From: Candidatus Hydrogenedentota bacterium
Lineage (GTDB): Bacteria > Hydrogenedentota > Hydrogenedentia > Hydrogenedentales > SLHB01
Length of the DNA: 64,000 bases
Assembly (NCBI GenBank): GCA_963745075.1
Contig: CAVUWV010000031.1
Location: forward strand, 1-64,000
Direction: 5' to 3'
Below, piece by piece: positions 62,581 through 64,000 of this stretch (position 1 is the stretch's first letter; each line of letters begins with the position of its first letter). Below the pieces are notes generated by a model that had not been told where the DNA came from, ran no database searches, and was given only the letters and a program-made list of their open reading frames with translations. Made by a program: the position numbers and the translations under genes.

Positions 62581-63431
62581 CCTTTCGCGCTCGGTTTTCG
62601 CGCCACGAATCGACGGTACTGCGCCCTGCCACTCTGGATCGCATCGTACATGTCGCTCCCCTCAACGGCGGCAAACATGAAGAACTGCGGCTGACGGCTT
62701 GGAGGTACTTTGGCAAGGATGTACTCTCGTTTGCGGTCACTTTCCTGCTGCAAAGCCGCGAATACGTTGGGATTGATGATGACGTCCTCGACAATCTCGA
62801 ATCCCGCTTCCCGGATTAATCCCGCGAACTTCTCCATGCCATCGCTCACCTGAAAGTCGGTGTACAAGAGATGCCCACCCGGACGGAGCACTCGGTACGC
62901 ACCCGAAAAGAAGCGATGGGGATGGTTGTAGCAGTGCGTTGATTCGACGCTGACAACGGCGTCAAAACGTGCGTCTGGAAAAGGAAGCGCTTGGGCGTCC
63001 GCTTGTTCGAAGTTCAGACCGTCGACGCCGTACCGAGTCCGGCAGTAGGCGACGCTGCTCTTGCATACGTCGGCCGCTGTAACCGAACGCGGCCCCAGCC
63101 GCGTCGCAATGTATGCGGCCCCGCCGCCACGTCCGCATCCCACTTCCAGCACGTCTTTTCCCGTCAGATCGACGGCGCCCGCGACGGCGTGATAGAGCTG
63201 CAACGCACAACGGTCGTTCTCGGGGTCATCGGTCAGCACCGGGACCGGATCGTTCGGATCGAGCGGCACGTAGCCGTAGTTCATCAACGCGATCTGGTGG
63301 TCGTTCCGGTCGAGGCGATTGATGTAATTGTATTGGATCTTCACCATCATCGGCCGGATGACGTTGAACAGCGCGCGGATCAGCCGGCTGTTGGGCGGAT
63401 CTAACCGAGGTCCGCTTGGCGCGTCAGGCAT
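62577..63431 (-). CDS. Class I SAM-dependent methyltransferase (lipid O-methyltransferase-like)
   Basis: MNYGY, LQLYH, VLEVGCGRGGG, VESTHCY. Confidence 0.8.
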   Translation of the reverse strand: MPDAPSGPRLDPPNSRLIRALFNVIRPMMVKIQYNYINRLDRNDHQIALMNYGYVPLDPNDPVPVLTDDPENDRCALQLYHAVAGAVDLTGKDVLEVGCGRGGGAAYIATRLGPRSVTAADVCKSSVAYCRTRYGVDGLNFEQADAQALPFPDARFDAVVSVESTHCYNHPHRFFSGAYRVLRPGGHLLYTDFQVSDGMEKFAGLIREAGFEIVEDVIINPNVFAALQQESDRKREYILAKVPPSRQPQFFMFAAVEGSDMYDAIQSGRAQYRRFVARKPSAKG

Positions 63432-64000
63432 TGTGCGCGTCCTCGATTAGCTGAAAATAGCGCGCGACCTGTTCTTCCGCCCAGTAGCGGGGGCGAAAAG
63501 GCGAGGCGCCATAGACAAACCCGACGTGTCCGCCGCGTTCCGTGAATTGCGGGATCAGGTACGGCGATCGGTCCGCTTGGTCGCGCGGCAGTGTCGAGGC
63601 CGGATTGAAGGGGTCGTCGGCGGACGACAACAGCATCGTGGGCACGCGTATCCCGTCGAGGAATTGACCGCAACCCTGCGTAGCCCAATACTCATGCGCG
63701 CCGGAAAACCCGTGCAGCACGGCCGTGGCGTATTCGTCGAATTCCCAAAGGGTTCGGCTGCGGCGGACCCGATCGATATCGATGATGCCGGGGAAACGCT
63801 GCTCCTTCGCCACCGCTTTTTCGATCAGCTTGTGCAAGAAATGTTTCGCGTAGGCGCCGTGCATCACCCGGTCGATGTGAGGTCCTGAAACGGTCAGATC
63901 GTACGGCGCGGAGACCACGGCTGCGGCGCGTACCCATGAGGCGGCCTCCGCGCCGGTTTCGCCGAGCCATTTCGCCAACACGTTTCCGCCCAGGGAGAAG
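63424..64000 (-). CDS. YheT-like alpha/beta hydrolase (5' partial)
   Basis: FSLGGN at the window edge, SAPYDL, EFDE..TA..HGF, DDPF, GGHVGF. Confidence 0.8.
   Translation of the reverse strand, partial: FSLGGNVLAKWLGETGAEAASWVRAAAVVSAPYDLTVSGPHIDRVMHGAYAKHFLHKLIEKAVAKEQRFPGIIDIDRVRRSRTLWEFDEYATAVLHGFSGAHEYWATQGCGQFLDGIRVPTMLLSSADDPFNPASTLPRDQADRSPYLIPQFTERGGHVGFVYGASPFRPRYWAEEQVARYFQLIEDAHNA

Overview
GC-rich bacterial chromosomal segment. The gene repertoire (giant membrane-anchored ECF sigma factor, many secreted carbohydrate enzymes, dense palindromic intergenic repeats) is suggestive of a Hydrogenedentota/PVC-type organism, but this is inference only. Core genes: ilvA (partial), two tandem IPMDH/leuB-family genes, xylB, rluD, rpsU, pyrR-pyrB-pyrC, ogt, crcB, rarA, tRNA-Gln and tRNA-Glu. 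Accessory blocks: (i) a lexA-imuA-imuB-dnaE2 mutagenesis cassette with a REP-flanked Y1 (IS200/RAYT-like) transposase after lexA, and a BsuBI/PstI-type restriction-modification pair inserted between two copies of the last ~245 bp of dnaE2; (ii) a lipid block next to the tRNAs (cfa, hydrolase, MMPL transporter, FAAL-ACP-reductase fusion); (iii) a frameshift-rich GT4/GH130 pair; (iv) a ~7 kb hotspot downstream of rluD where up to four decayed copies of the rluD 3' end alternate with small cargo genes (TA pair, AbiGi-like protein, methyltransferase, YciI, VOC), two of them preceded by attI-like sites, with no integrase in the window. At least six families of paired inverted intergenic repeats occur, some nested. 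Many single-base frameshifts suggest long-read indel errors, so pseudogene calls are uncertain.
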